Part shown: positions 25,412 to 34,180 of the stretch, one piece after another
Numbering within the stretch: position 1 is the first letter of the stretch
Layout: each line of letters starts with the position of its first letter
Virus record (IMG/VR): IMGVR_UViG_3300027790_000002
Strand: one strand, 5' to 3'
Source: a virus
Length of the DNA stretch: 64,000 nt
Notes under the pieces: model-generated
Database searches by the model: none
The model's input: the letters and a program-made list of their open reading frames with translations, nothing else
Told to the model about the DNA's origin: nothing
Translations under genes and position numbers: made by a program

Positions 25412-25790
25412 ACTGAAAACGGGGCGCGCCGAAGCGCCGCCCCGTCCCGGTCTTCTGTTGCCAGGCGACCAAACCCCGTGAAATTACGCCGCGAGGCGCT
25501 GTTCCACAAAATTGCCGTTATCGTTGGCAGTTCTTAAAGTCGGCTTATACGCGGCCAACCGGCGTTCTCAGCTTTCGTTTCACCGTCTGTCGAACCCAAA
25601 TCGGCCCCATCAAGAACGCATCCCAAGGCGGGTTTGGCGCAGGGCATTTTCAACCCATCCACCCGCGGGGCAGGACCGACAAGCGGCGCCGCCACCCCAG
25701 ATGCGCTCTTGGTGGAGCCGGCGGGAATTGAACCCGCGTCCAGTCCAGCTACGCCAAAGCGTCAGCGAGCGCGGCGGAAGGGTAGCATCG
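25412..25790 (-). ncRNA. ssrA: tmRNA (ssrA), two-piece circularly permuted alphaproteobacterial type; tag ANDNGNFVEQRLAA
   Basis: minus strand GGACGCGGGTTCAATTCCCGCCGGCTCCACCA (25738-25707) nearly identical to the E. coli tmRNA 3' T-arm/acceptor, but no 5' acceptor partner upstream; downstream at 25528-25484 reads GCC AAC GAT AAC GGC AAT TTT GTG GAA CAG CGC CTC GCG GCG TAA; ~380 nt precursor size fits two-piece ssrA. Confidence 0.7.
25419..25459. terminator. GC-rich hairpin, candidate bidirectional intrinsic terminator
   Basis: ACGGGGCG...CGCCCCGT stem followed by TCTTCTGTT on plus and GTTTT on minus; sits between Tat-protein gene and tmRNA 3' end. Confidence 0.5.
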
Positions 25791-25831
25791 AATTTTTCAC
25801 GAAAAAAGGTCTGTTTTCGTGAAATTCGGAC

Positions 25832-25910
25832 TTGACCTTTCCGGCTAAATGTCCCACATTAGGGACATGGAACGGCGCAGGGCCGAACCGAAATTGGAGA
25901 CAGACCAATG
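25832..25910 (+). promoter_or_regulatory. repeat cassette copy 4
   Basis: TTGACC -35, perfect palindrome, ATG 25908; divergent from tmRNA gene. Confidence 0.6.
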
Positions 25911-26138
25911 ACAGACATCGCCAAAATCAGCGCTATTGGCCGCAGCACGAAAAAAGAAAAAGACGGCACCTACACCTACCGCGTTTATGCGGTGATAGAG
26001 GGCCAGCCGACAGAGACGCTGGCCATGTGCAAAGATCTGCCGACCCGCGCCATGGCGACTGACCGCGCCAAAAAATGGACCCTTTACTATCGCCGCCAGC
26101 GCACGGCGACGCTGAACAAAACCCGGCGCGGGGCATAG
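25908..26138 (+). CDS. cassette-driven ORF 4 (76 aa), basic protein
   Basis: ORF track. Confidence 0.45.
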   Translation: MTDIAKISAIGRSTKKEKDGTYTYRVYAVIEGQPTETLAMCKDLPTRAMATDRAKKWTLYYRRQRTATLNKTRRGA

Positions 26139-26168
26139 GGCCGCGCGAAACTTGGCAAGGAGGCCACA

Positions 26169-26366
26169 ATGACCACGGAAACCAAAACTGCACCGACCTC
26201 GCATCGCGGCCCCTGCGCAGTCCCCTGCGAATGCGGCGGGACAATGCGCGGGGAAGGCGAAATCGCCACGGGCGAACCTTTGCCGCATTATACACCGGAG
26301 CCGGGCGAAGTGCTGCGGTTTCATTGGTTGGAATGCGACAAATGCGGCGGCGTTCAGGTTTCGTAA
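26169..26366 (+). CDS. small zinc-ribbon-like protein (65 aa)
   Basis: SD AAGGAGG; CxC...CxxC. Confidence 0.4.
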   Translation: MTTETKTAPTSHRGPCAVPCECGGTMRGEGEIATGEPLPHYTPEPGEVLRFHWLECDKCGGVQVS

Positions 26367-26377
26367 GGAGGCGGGCA

Positions 26378-26548
26378 TGCGCAGAATTGACATATTCAAA
26401 CGGCTGGCGGGCGGTGCCGATGGCGAACGCCTCGCCACGGTGGAAGCGCGCACCCAGCGCGAGGCCAAGATCGCCGTTGCGCAAAAACTGCAAAACGAAG
26501 GCAAGGGCTATGGGCCCAGTGATCTGAACGCGCGCTGGGCTTGTTAAT
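26378..26548 (+). CDS. hypothetical small protein (56 aa)
   Basis: SD TAAGGAGG; below ORF-track cutoff. Confidence 0.3.
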
Positions 26549-26722
26549 TTTTTTGACCGAAAATGAGGGGAAAAATCAAAGGCTTATCCCCATGCGGAAT
26601 TGAACGGGAATAATTTGGGGAATATTTTGTGCGGGAAAGTTAGCGATTGCACGGTTCGGCAAATCGCCATTTAGTGGCGGGGCGTTCGGGGATTGGTCGT
26701 TTCCGAACTGCCATACGGCCTT

Positions 26723-27247
26723 TCAATGAGAAACCCCAGCCCTGCCCGGTGCTGGGGTTTTTTCTTCAAGCGGTAATTCAGGGCCCGACGCCGCCAGCAG
26801 GTCCGCGCACCATTTGCATATACGCTCGGCGCAGCGGTTCGTTTGGCCATCCCATTCCCCGGGATAGTCTTGCCCGTCGCCGCGGCCCTCGCTGTGGAAA
26901 CTCATCTGGCCGGCGCTAATATCCACATACAGCACGTCGGCGTGGTAGTTTCTCTTGGGGTCTTTTTTCCATCCCCAGACAATCCCCAGCGCTTCCCCAT
27001 GCTGTTGCAGGATCTTGCACAGGTTTTCCATGGCCCAGTTTTTGCGGCCATAGGCCATGCCTTTGAAGGATCCGCGCCCGGGCGCGCGGCCCCGATATTG
27101 CTTGGCGCGCTCGCTTGATTTCTGGGCCCGGAACAGATTGACCGCAACCGCGCCGGCTGGGCCCAGCGCTTCCAGCCGGTCATAAAGCGCCTTGGTCTGG
27201 GCGCCGTCGCTGCCCATGTAAACGCGGTAAATCTCAGCCAAGTTCAC
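26723..27247 (-). CDS. hypothetical protein (174 aa)
   Basis: ORF track; C-terminus runs through terminator hairpin so 3' end uncertain. Confidence 0.4.
   Translation of the reverse strand: MNLAEIYRVYMGSDGAQTKALYDRLEALGPAGAVAVNLFRAQKSSERAKQYRGRAPGRGSFKGMAYGRKNWAMENLCKILQQHGEALGIVWGWKKDPKRNYHADVLYVDISAGQMSFHSEGRGDGQDYPGEWDGQTNRCAERICKWCADLLAASGPELPLEEKTPAPGRAGVSH
26734..26766 (+). terminator. rho-independent terminator
   Basis: CCCCAGC-N10-GCTGGGG hairpin followed by TTTTTTCTT. Confidence 0.6.
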
Positions 27248-27414
27248 GGCGGTTGCCCCTGCATAAATGCGCGGCGGGCGCTAGGCGCGCACATGGCTAA
27301 AGTGCTGCGGTTGAGCGTCCCCGGCGGCCGACAGGCCCGCCGCGACCCGAACCAAGGGCTATGCCGCAAGGTCCAGAAGCCTTAGCAAAACCTGTTCGGG
27401 GTGTGGGTAAAGAG

Positions 27415-27491
27415 TGGGTGCGGGAGGGGGATTTGAACCCCCGACCTCTTGGTTATGAGCCAAGCGCGCTACCGGACTGCGCCATCCACGC
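27415..27491 (-). tRNA. tRNA-Met(CAU)-like
   Basis: minus strand: D GCGC-AGTCCGGTA-GCGC, anticodon stem CTTGG/CCAAG loop CTCATAA, T GGGGG-TTCAAAT-CCCCC, 3' TCCCGCA-C-CCA; acceptor needs one bulged U. Confidence 0.55.
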
Positions 27492-27634
27492 ATCAACGGC
27501 GCCGGGCATGGCAGACCGGGTGCGCAATGTCAAGTTTGCGAAAAGCGCCGAACGCGCTTAGCGGTCGATTGTCCGGCGTGACATTGTAGCGTAGCGGTCG
27601 GCGGGCGTTGCTTATCATCGCCGACCCGCTGCAC

Positions 27635-27979
27635 TTAATCCGAAAAGAAACCGGGCGGCCACGGCGGCAGGCCGACAACCTTGCCGGCATAGGAATGGGT
27701 GCAGTCGCTGCAAAATCGCAGTTGACCGTCCTGCAGAAAATAATGGCAGCAATAGGGTAGTGCTTTGCCATCTGGACCAAGTTTCCACTCACCGGTCCAT
27801 TTGCCGTTTTCCACCACAATCTGTTTACCGGTGATTTTGACGCTGGGCGCGAATGTCGGCTTGTCTCGATCGCCGTTGAATTTCCAGCGGTCGCCTATCC
27901 AATGCGGCTCAACGCAGGCCGGGCACCAATGCGTGTATCCGTCGGTGGCGCGGCGCAGATATGGACCGAAAGCGCCCAC
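27635..27979 (-). CDS. Cys-rich hypothetical protein (114 aa)
   Basis: ORF track; overlapping ORF 27493..27819 judged less likely. Confidence 0.4.
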   Translation of the reverse strand: MGAFGPYLRRATDGYTHWCPACVEPHWIGDRWKFNGDRDKPTFAPSVKITGKQIVVENGKWTGEWKLGPDGKALPYCCHYFLQDGQLRFCSDCTHSYAGKVVGLPPWPPGFFSD

Positions 27980-28221
27980 TACGCGAAGCGGATAATCAGC
28001 GCCGCAATGATAATTGCCGCCGCCAGCTTCATGCAGGCATAGTTAAATTCAAGCTGCTTTTTCGTCATAGCTCGCCCCATTCTCGCGGGGGAATGTAGAG
28101 CGCGCCAAGTATACTTGAAAATAGTAGGCCCCCGCCTTAGCAACCGGGTCATGAATCCGGTCCCAGACAGGGGCCATTTCGCTTACAGTATAAGTGTGTC
28201 TGCCGAAGCTTTGCGCAGACG

Positions 28222-28524
28222 CTAAACCGGGTTCGTCGGCGGGTCAACATCCACGCAGGCGAATAGCCAGCGGTTATTGTTTCGGCGGATTGTTTCGTAT
28301 TGGTCCGGGTAATTCTTTTGCAAATCGTCCCAGAATTTTGCCCATTCCGCGCCGCCGCGATCGCCTGGCGCATTCACCGGCTCATAAAGCGTGCAGAATG
28401 TGGACGGGGCGAGCTCCACCGCCGGCGGCGATGCTTTCGGAAACCATTCAAAGTGACTACAGGCGGCCAGCGTCAGGGTCGCTGTCAGCAATATCGTCAG
28501 CCTTTTGAGCGCGGGCGATTTCAT
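28222..28524 (-). CDS. putative o-spanin (outer-membrane lipoprotein) of lysis cassette
   Basis: signal LTATLTLAAC lipobox; overlaps upstream i-spanin-like gene. Confidence 0.45.
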   Translation of the reverse strand: MKSPALKRLTILLTATLTLAACSHFEWFPKASPPAVELAPSTFCTLYEPVNAPGDRGGAEWAKFWDDLQKNYPDQYETIRRNNNRWLFACVDVDPPTNPV

Positions 28525-28657
28525 CGGCGGTCGCCTTTCCCAGCTGTTTGATTCGGTCCGTCGCCAAGGTAAAGCGCGCGGCGTTGTTTTCAGCGCGCGC
28601 TTTCATGAAAAGCTGGGCGAGACTTAAAATCGCGCCCAGCAGGGACATCCACGTCAC
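28457..28657 (-). CDS. putative i-spanin (N-terminal TM + coiled coil)
   Basis: MTWMSLLGAILSLAQLF helix; overlapping arrangement with lipoprotein gene as in Rz/Rz1. Confidence 0.4.
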   Translation of the reverse strand: MTWMSLLGAILSLAQLFMKARAENNAARFTLATDRIKQLGKATADEIARAQKADDIADSDPDAGRL

Positions 28658-28669
28658 GGACGGCGCGCC

Positions 28670-28924
28670 TTATGCCGGGTCGTCGCTGGCGGGTGTGTCG
28701 GTAGCGGTATCGTCGCCGAAGCCTTCAACGAAGGCGTCGACCACTTCCACAAGATCGTCGTCGAAAGTCGGGTCGGTGCCAGCCACGGCGTCATTCAGTT
28801 TGCCGCGCAGCTTCGTGCCGAGTTCCTTGGCTTTGGTTTTCCCGAGCCCCTTAAGCGTGCCGACCAGAATGTCGATAACTTCATCCATTTTTGCTTTCTC
28901 CTTGCAAGGTAGCGAATGAGGCAA
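28670..28924 (-). CDS. hypothetical acidic protein (84 aa)
   Basis: ORF track. Confidence 0.35.
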   Translation of the reverse strand: MPHSLPCKEKAKMDEVIDILVGTLKGLGKTKAKELGTKLRGKLNDAVAGTDPTFDDDLVEVVDAFVEGFGDDTATDTPASDDPA

Positions 28925-28961
28925 GGAGTCTGCGTCGGTTCAAGGCGTCTTGATTTAGCGG

Positions 28962-29270
28962 CTAGGGATTGGTCCGCATGTGCAATGGCTTGAACGCCTG
29001 CGTCGTCGGGTTCTCGCTCGCCCGGCCGCCCCGTATGGCCAGTCCGTCATCGACATGCCAAACGATGACATTCAGCACCGCAAGGATGAATACGGCGCTG
29101 GCCAGCGCGGGTTCTGTCTCAACCACCAGAATGACCATGGCGAGAAAAACCAGCATGCGCACCAAGTGCAGCAACTTTATCGCAAAGCACCGTTCGTTGT
29201 GCCGCACCCGCATGTGCTTCCATGCTGCGAAAACATAAGCCAGTGCGATAATTGCGCCCAGAATTTCCAT
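28962..29270 (-). CDS. holin-like membrane protein (3 predicted TM)
   Basis: hydrophobic segments ILGAIIALAYVFAAW, MLVFLAMVILVV, VFILAVLNVIVW; adjacent to endolysin. Confidence 0.45.
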   Translation of the reverse strand: MEILGAIIALAYVFAAWKHMRVRHNERCFAIKLLHLVRMLVFLAMVILVVETEPALASAVFILAVLNVIVWHVDDGLAIRGGRASENPTTQAFKPLHMRTNP

Positions 29271-29272
29271 AT

Positions 29273-29722
29273 TTACCTCCGGCGTTTTCTGCCGAAAAAA
29301 TGCCCGCCAAACTGAATGGCCACGCGCATGAAAATACCGATAAGCAAGCCGCCGCCAATGTGGGCGCCGACTGCTGTTCTGTAATTTCCGTCCATGCCTT
29401 TCGCTTCCAGTTGAGCAAGGGCCGTGTCGCCAATTGGCCCGCCAAACGCCACCCCCAGCACAAACGCCAACACCACAGTAATAAGAAAATCCCGCGCGGC
29501 GCCGGTGCCGGTTGTTTGCCTGTCATAAAGCATGCCGATAACCCCAGCGAGGCCGGACGCCACAAGCAGGATTAAAGTTGCGTCATGGTCAACATGCGCC
29601 GCCGCGCCGGCGGCGCTTGCCGCTGCTGCAGATGCCAACAGGGAGATTTTTGTTAACATTTCGGCCCCGCCGTTTTTATTGCGCTCGAAAGCATGAGCGC
29701 CCCCTAGCGTTTGATTTGGCAC
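29273..29722 (-). CDS. multi-TM membrane protein, possible second holin/antiholin
   Basis: several Gly/Ala-rich hydrophobic helices; likely start MLTKISLL. Confidence 0.4.
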   Translation of the reverse strand: MPNQTLGGAHAFERNKNGGAEMLTKISLLASAAAASAAGAAAHVDHDATLILLVASGLAGVIGMLYDRQTTGTGAARDFLITVVLAFVLGVAFGGPIGDTALAQLEAKGMDGNYRTAVGAHIGGGLLIGIFMRVAIQFGGHFFGRKRRR

Positions 29723-30237
29723 ATGACACGCGAAAAAAGCGGCTGTTCGGGCGCAGGTCTTACATTTGACTCATGGTGCGGTTTAGCATGGTCGTCGTTA
29801 ACCGGCGTTAAGAACAAAGCTCGCTCTGCGGCACGTCGCCTGGTCAGGCCCAAAACCTCGCGCAAAACGCCAGCGACAGTGGCCTTGTTCCACCACGTCA
29901 GCGCATCGGCGGCGCCGGCGCGGTCGCCGCGGTTCAACCGTTTCAACGCGGTGGATGTTCGCAACCCGCCGGTGTTGAACTCAAACGACACCAGCGCGTC
30001 AAATTCGTTTTGGTTCATCGGGACCGCGACCGCGTTTTCGACGGTGTCTTCGCGGGCCACAAGATCCTGCCGCAGCAGGTCTTCGGCGTCGCGCTCGCTT
30101 ATCATCATGCCGGGGCGAACATCGGGGCCTGTGTGGCCGTATCCGATTGTCCAAATCCCGGCAATGTCTTGGTAGGCGGTGAGCTCCAACCCTTCATAGG
30201 TCTTGATTAGTTCAATGCCGTTTTCTGATGTGCGCAT
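29704..30237 (-). CDS. endolysin, GH24 (T4/lambda-type) lysozyme
   Basis: IELIKTYEGLELTAYQDIAGIWTIGYGHT is the GH24 catalytic E-D-T region. Confidence 0.85.
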   Translation of the reverse strand: MRTSENGIELIKTYEGLELTAYQDIAGIWTIGYGHTGPDVRPGMMISERDAEDLLRQDLVAREDTVENAVAVPMNQNEFDALVSFEFNTGGLRTSTALKRLNRGDRAGAADALTWWNKATVAGVLREVLGLTRRRAAERALFLTPVNDDHAKPHHESNVRPAPEQPLFSRVMCQIKR

Positions 30238-30240
30238 CGC

Positions 30241-32370
30241 CTACTCCCGTGGGTTCGTAAGCGTCGCCTTAATCTGCCAAAGGTTCGTGCCTGACCTTGT
30301 GGTGGAAAATTCGAGATCGTCAGAGTTGGCTTGCCAGTCACAAGAAAACGCGCCTTGTGACGCATAACTGTTGAACCCGAAAATATAGGTGCCACTTAAA
30401 ACTGAAACCTGTTCAGTGCAGAAATCGGTGGACGAACCCCGCAAGGCTTCGAGCGTCCACACGCCGTCCGCCCATCCATCCATGCCGGCCAAGCCAGCAG
30501 ACGTGAAAGTCGCGGAAGGAACCGAAATATAAGTGTCGCCGGCAGGGTCGGACGTCAGCCTGCCGCCATTATAGGTGATGCGATAGTCACCGGCCGCCGG
30601 CAGCGCGTCTGATAGAGGCACGTTTCTGACAACAACAGTGCCGTCCTGATTTACTTTCAGGTGTTCCGTGCCGTTGATGCTGAAATCGACAAAGATAGAA
30701 CCGCCCGAAGGGTCGCTGCCCGACGTGGTGCGGGCGTCAAAACGCAGTCCCTTGCCGTTCGCGTCCGGCGACAGACCGCGAATAAAGTTGCCGCTGGTGC
30801 TGGACTCAATCTGCGCGTATTGCTCCGGCACGTTGCGGCGGAATACAGTGATGGTGTCGCCGCCGACCCGCAATTCGTCGCCGTCAAAATCGATATAGCT
30901 GTTGGCGATTTCGCCGGAATAATCCGTGTTGACCGTATAGAAGCTGTTAAACAACGCCTTAACTGCGGTTTGCGACGCGGTGTCGTCATAGATGCCAACA
31001 TCGACGTTCACGAAGTCATTGTCGGTGATGACGTTGCGCAGCGCGTTGAAAGTTTCCTCGTTTGCGCCGCCCGAGTCGAACGTCCAGTTAGCTATTGTAA
31101 CGCCACGCGTTGTTCCCTGTGCATAAGTGCGTTGTTCGCAAACATTGTCGGAAACATGAACTCGCGTTGTTCCCAACAGGTTGATGCAGGGCCATACTCC
31201 CGCTTCGCCGTTCACGTCATGAATCTGGTTTCCTGCGACCAAGGTTGCGGCGGTAATGGCGCGAAGCTCAATAGCGCGCGTCAGCATTCTATAACATTTG
31301 TTATCGACGACCTGCATTTCTGGCGGCGGTTTAATCTGCACACCGGCAGAAGCCGCTTCTACGCCTTTAATGCAGGTATGCCCGTCGAGCGCCACGTTGT
31401 CGGCAATGGTGTATTCCTTGCCCTGACGGCGCACGCTGATGGCGCCGGAATTGTACTGAAAGATGTTTCCAGAAATGACGGTACTTCCGCCGTCATCAGT
31501 ACCGGAAGCGCCGCCACCGCCAGTCGCATAAATGCCCTCATCGTCACAGCCAAGGAAAACGCTGTTGGTGACGCGAGTTTTGTAGTTGTCGGAAAGACCA
31601 AGGCAGGTGTCGCCGAAACCGTCCGTGTAATCAGTGCCCGCATCAAATCGCAGATTATCGATAAGAACTTCACCCCAGCGCTGCACGCTAAGGCCGGACC
31701 CTTGATTGGTGCCAATGCCATCCCATTCGAACTCGGTCATGTCGAAACCGGCGCCGCCATTGCCGCGAATGCTTAGCTTATGGTCGCGGGTCGCGCCGTC
31801 CAGACGCAAGATTTCAGCGCCCGTATCAGTGATGCCTTTGAAAGTCGCACCGGCGGTTAGTTCAATGCAGAGGTCGCCGTCGAAGACGATATCCAGCGCA
31901 GAGCCGACGCCGACCAGATAAGTTTTTTCGGTGGCGAATGCACATGCCTGTAATTCTTTCGACGCTAGCAGCCAGTCCTCAATGATTGCGGCGTCGTCTG
32001 TCGGCGTGATGTCGTCGCCGTCGCCGGCGGCGCCGCACCAGTCGATGTCGATTTCATTCAGGATTTCGTAAGCTTCGCGAACGAACCCGTCATCGCCGCC
32101 CGCAGGGTCGGCGATGTAAACGCAGGCCGCAGTGTCTGCCGTTTTCAGCGCGGAAATATCGGCGCGGTATTTGAACGCGCCGCCCAGTTCAGAGTCGTTA
32201 ATGAAAATCGTGTTGCTTTCGGAAAACGCATCGAAGTTGGTCAGCGCCTCCACGTCGGCGACGCTGTCAAAAGTGATTGTTTGCGTCGAAAGAACCTGCG
32301 CATGAGACTGCCCGGCGATCATCGCCGCCGATGCGAACAGGGAAAACAGAAAGAGTTTAAGCGCTTTCAT
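30241..32370 (-). CDS. secreted right-handed beta-helix (pectate-lyase-fold) protein; possible tailspike/depolymerase
   Basis: cleavable-looking signal MKALKLFLFSLFASAAMIAGQSHA; repeated NxxxGxxI/V beta-helix rungs. Confidence 0.5.
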   Translation of the reverse strand: MKALKLFLFSLFASAAMIAGQSHAQVLSTQTITFDSVADVEALTNFDAFSESNTIFINDSELGGAFKYRADISALKTADTAACVYIADPAGGDDGFVREAYEILNEIDIDWCGAAGDGDDITPTDDAAIIEDWLLASKELQACAFATEKTYLVGVGSALDIVFDGDLCIELTAGATFKGITDTGAEILRLDGATRDHKLSIRGNGGAGFDMTEFEWDGIGTNQGSGLSVQRWGEVLIDNLRFDAGTDYTDGFGDTCLGLSDNYKTRVTNSVFLGCDDEGIYATGGGGASGTDDGGSTVISGNIFQYNSGAISVRRQGKEYTIADNVALDGHTCIKGVEAASAGVQIKPPPEMQVVDNKCYRMLTRAIELRAITAATLVAGNQIHDVNGEAGVWPCINLLGTTRVHVSDNVCEQRTYAQGTTRGVTIANWTFDSGGANEETFNALRNVITDNDFVNVDVGIYDDTASQTAVKALFNSFYTVNTDYSGEIANSYIDFDGDELRVGGDTITVFRRNVPEQYAQIESSTSGNFIRGLSPDANGKGLRFDARTTSGSDPSGGSIFVDFSINGTEHLKVNQDGTVVVRNVPLSDALPAAGDYRITYNGGRLTSDPAGDTYISVPSATFTSAGLAGMDGWADGVWTLEALRGSSTDFCTEQVSVLSGTYIFGFNSYASQGAFSCDWQANSDDLEFSTTRSGTNLWQIKATLTNPRE

Positions 32371-32377
32371 GGGTCAC

Positions 32378-34117
32378 CTATGCCGGAATGATGTCGTTAA
32401 AGCCTGACTGGTCGTCTTCCGGGCGCCAGCGGCTGTTGGTTGCAGACCCCAGGGCCCTGTAGTGGCGGTCAATGGGTGGATTTACGGCGTGATTTTTTAC
32501 CTTGACAATCTTGCCCTCATATTTCCCGGCGGTGTTAATGGCGTTGGCGATTGCTTCCAGCGCGACGACGGTGGTTTCCGGCGGCGCCGCAGACAGGGCG
32601 CCGCCTGCAGGGAAATTCACGCCGTTGCGGTTCTGCAGAACAAGCGTCGGATTGGTCGCGGTGAGCGTTAAAGGATTTCCGCCAAGGTTGATTTTTGCGC
32701 CGTCATGCAAAACCTGCACGTCCGCATCGCCGCGTATCAGCAACACCGGGTCGTTTTCCGCGAGCGTGACATCGTCAATGGCGCCGCCGCCGTTCACGAT
32801 AATGACCGGGCGCTTGAAGGCGTCAACGACATATGCGCCTGACCCGCCTGTGGCTACGGTCGCCGTGGTGAGTGCGACGCCCAGCAGGAAGCGCCCCGCT
32901 TCCGACCACGCCGCGCCGCCGGCGTGAAAATCCGGCTTAATGATAAATTGGCCGTCATGCGTCGCGCTGGACCCGGAACTCCAATAATACCAGAATGGCG
33001 TCACGTCGCCGGCGGCGTCGCGGCCCAGCACCAGCGCGCGTTCGTTATCGTCCCAGCCGTCCGGCGTCAGGGCCTGTACGCCGGCGAGATTGGCAACCAT
33101 GGCGCGGAACAAATCGGTGTCGGCAAAGATCGCTTCGACAAGCCCGCGGTCGCCATCGTTCAGCCACCACCGATTGTCGGCGGTGACGCGCGCAAAAGCG
33201 CCGGCGGGAATGACGCCCTTCGTCGCCTTCACTGGGGGAACGACAGGTTTTAGCAATTGGACTTGGTCGTCATCGTCGCCGTAGCTGCGGGCCCGCATAA
33301 AGGGCACTTCACCGACTTGCCTATCACGCATGATAGCCAGCAAATCCGTGTAGGCTTTGCCGTCATTGCCGCGCAGGGCCTGCAGGCCCATCCATGCGTC
33401 CTCTGCGCCGACCGCGCCCTTGGCCAGTGCGTGCAGCTTCGCGTAGGCGTCGCCACCCGCGTCGGCGAATATCCCGAAACTTTCCCTGATAAACTGGGCC
33501 TGAACTTCCAAATCCTGACGAATGAGCCGCCCGGGCAGCGTTACAAGCTGGTGATAGTTCACGCCGTCTGGCGATGTGGAATCGCCGGCGGCATATTGAA
33601 AAAGCCCGCCAGCGCCGGTCCCGGCCGTGTCGCCGCCGCCATTCGCGATGTAAAGCGAATCAACAGCAAAGACGAACGCCTCGTCTTCAAGTTCGCCCAG
33701 CTGCTGTATCGCTTTGACGGTCGGGAAAAAGACCGACGCGCGCACGCTGTCTGCGTTGCCGAAACTGCCGTCGCGCAACACGATTGGTGTAGACCGCGAA
33801 TCAATGACCGAGCCGCCAATGACGGCGCCCACGGTGCTAATCGCGGATTGCGTGTTCAGCGGGCCATATTCGCCCGAGCGCGCATTGCTGTCGACTACCT
33901 CAACCTCGGTTAGCTGACCGCCGCCGGCAAGCTGATACCAGGCGCGATGCCAGACAGCGTCGTTTGCCGCATCTCGCACATGCAGCAGGACTTCGTCCGG
34001 GTTCGCCTTAATCTGGTAAGGTTCGCGATATGGGGGGACCGCGACCAGGCTGCTTAGGTCGCCGTTCGCGGCGCGCGTGGCGCTGAATTTTACGAAATCG
34101 ACTAGACCGTCAGCCAT
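32378..34117 (-). CDS. tail fiber / host-specificity-like protein (579 aa)
   Basis: position distal to tape measure; Gly-rich repeats. Confidence 0.4.
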   Translation of the reverse strand: MADGLVDFVKFSATRAANGDLSSLVAVPPYREPYQIKANPDEVLLHVRDAANDAVWHRAWYQLAGGGQLTEVEVVDSNARSGEYGPLNTQSAISTVGAVIGGSVIDSRSTPIVLRDGSFGNADSVRASVFFPTVKAIQQLGELEDEAFVFAVDSLYIANGGGDTAGTGAGGLFQYAAGDSTSPDGVNYHQLVTLPGRLIRQDLEVQAQFIRESFGIFADAGGDAYAKLHALAKGAVGAEDAWMGLQALRGNDGKAYTDLLAIMRDRQVGEVPFMRARSYGDDDDQVQLLKPVVPPVKATKGVIPAGAFARVTADNRWWLNDGDRGLVEAIFADTDLFRAMVANLAGVQALTPDGWDDNERALVLGRDAAGDVTPFWYYWSSGSSATHDGQFIIKPDFHAGGAAWSEAGRFLLGVALTTATVATGGSGAYVVDAFKRPVIIVNGGGAIDDVTLAENDPVLLIRGDADVQVLHDGAKINLGGNPLTLTATNPTLVLQNRNGVNFPAGGALSAAPPETTVVALEAIANAINTAGKYEGKIVKVKNHAVNPPIDRHYRALGSATNSRWRPEDDQSGFNDIIPA

Positions 34118-34180
34118 CGCGGAACCTCAAAAAGCGGTAGTTTTCCGCAACACAATGCCCGTAATCACGGCTGCTTGATT

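Noticed and set aside
25700-25745. tRNA 3' half (T-arm + acceptor + CCA) on minus strand with no 5' partner, initially considered an att-site tRNA fragment
   Set aside because: Explained better as the acceptor piece of a permuted tmRNA because a canonical ANDN...LAA tag frame follows it.
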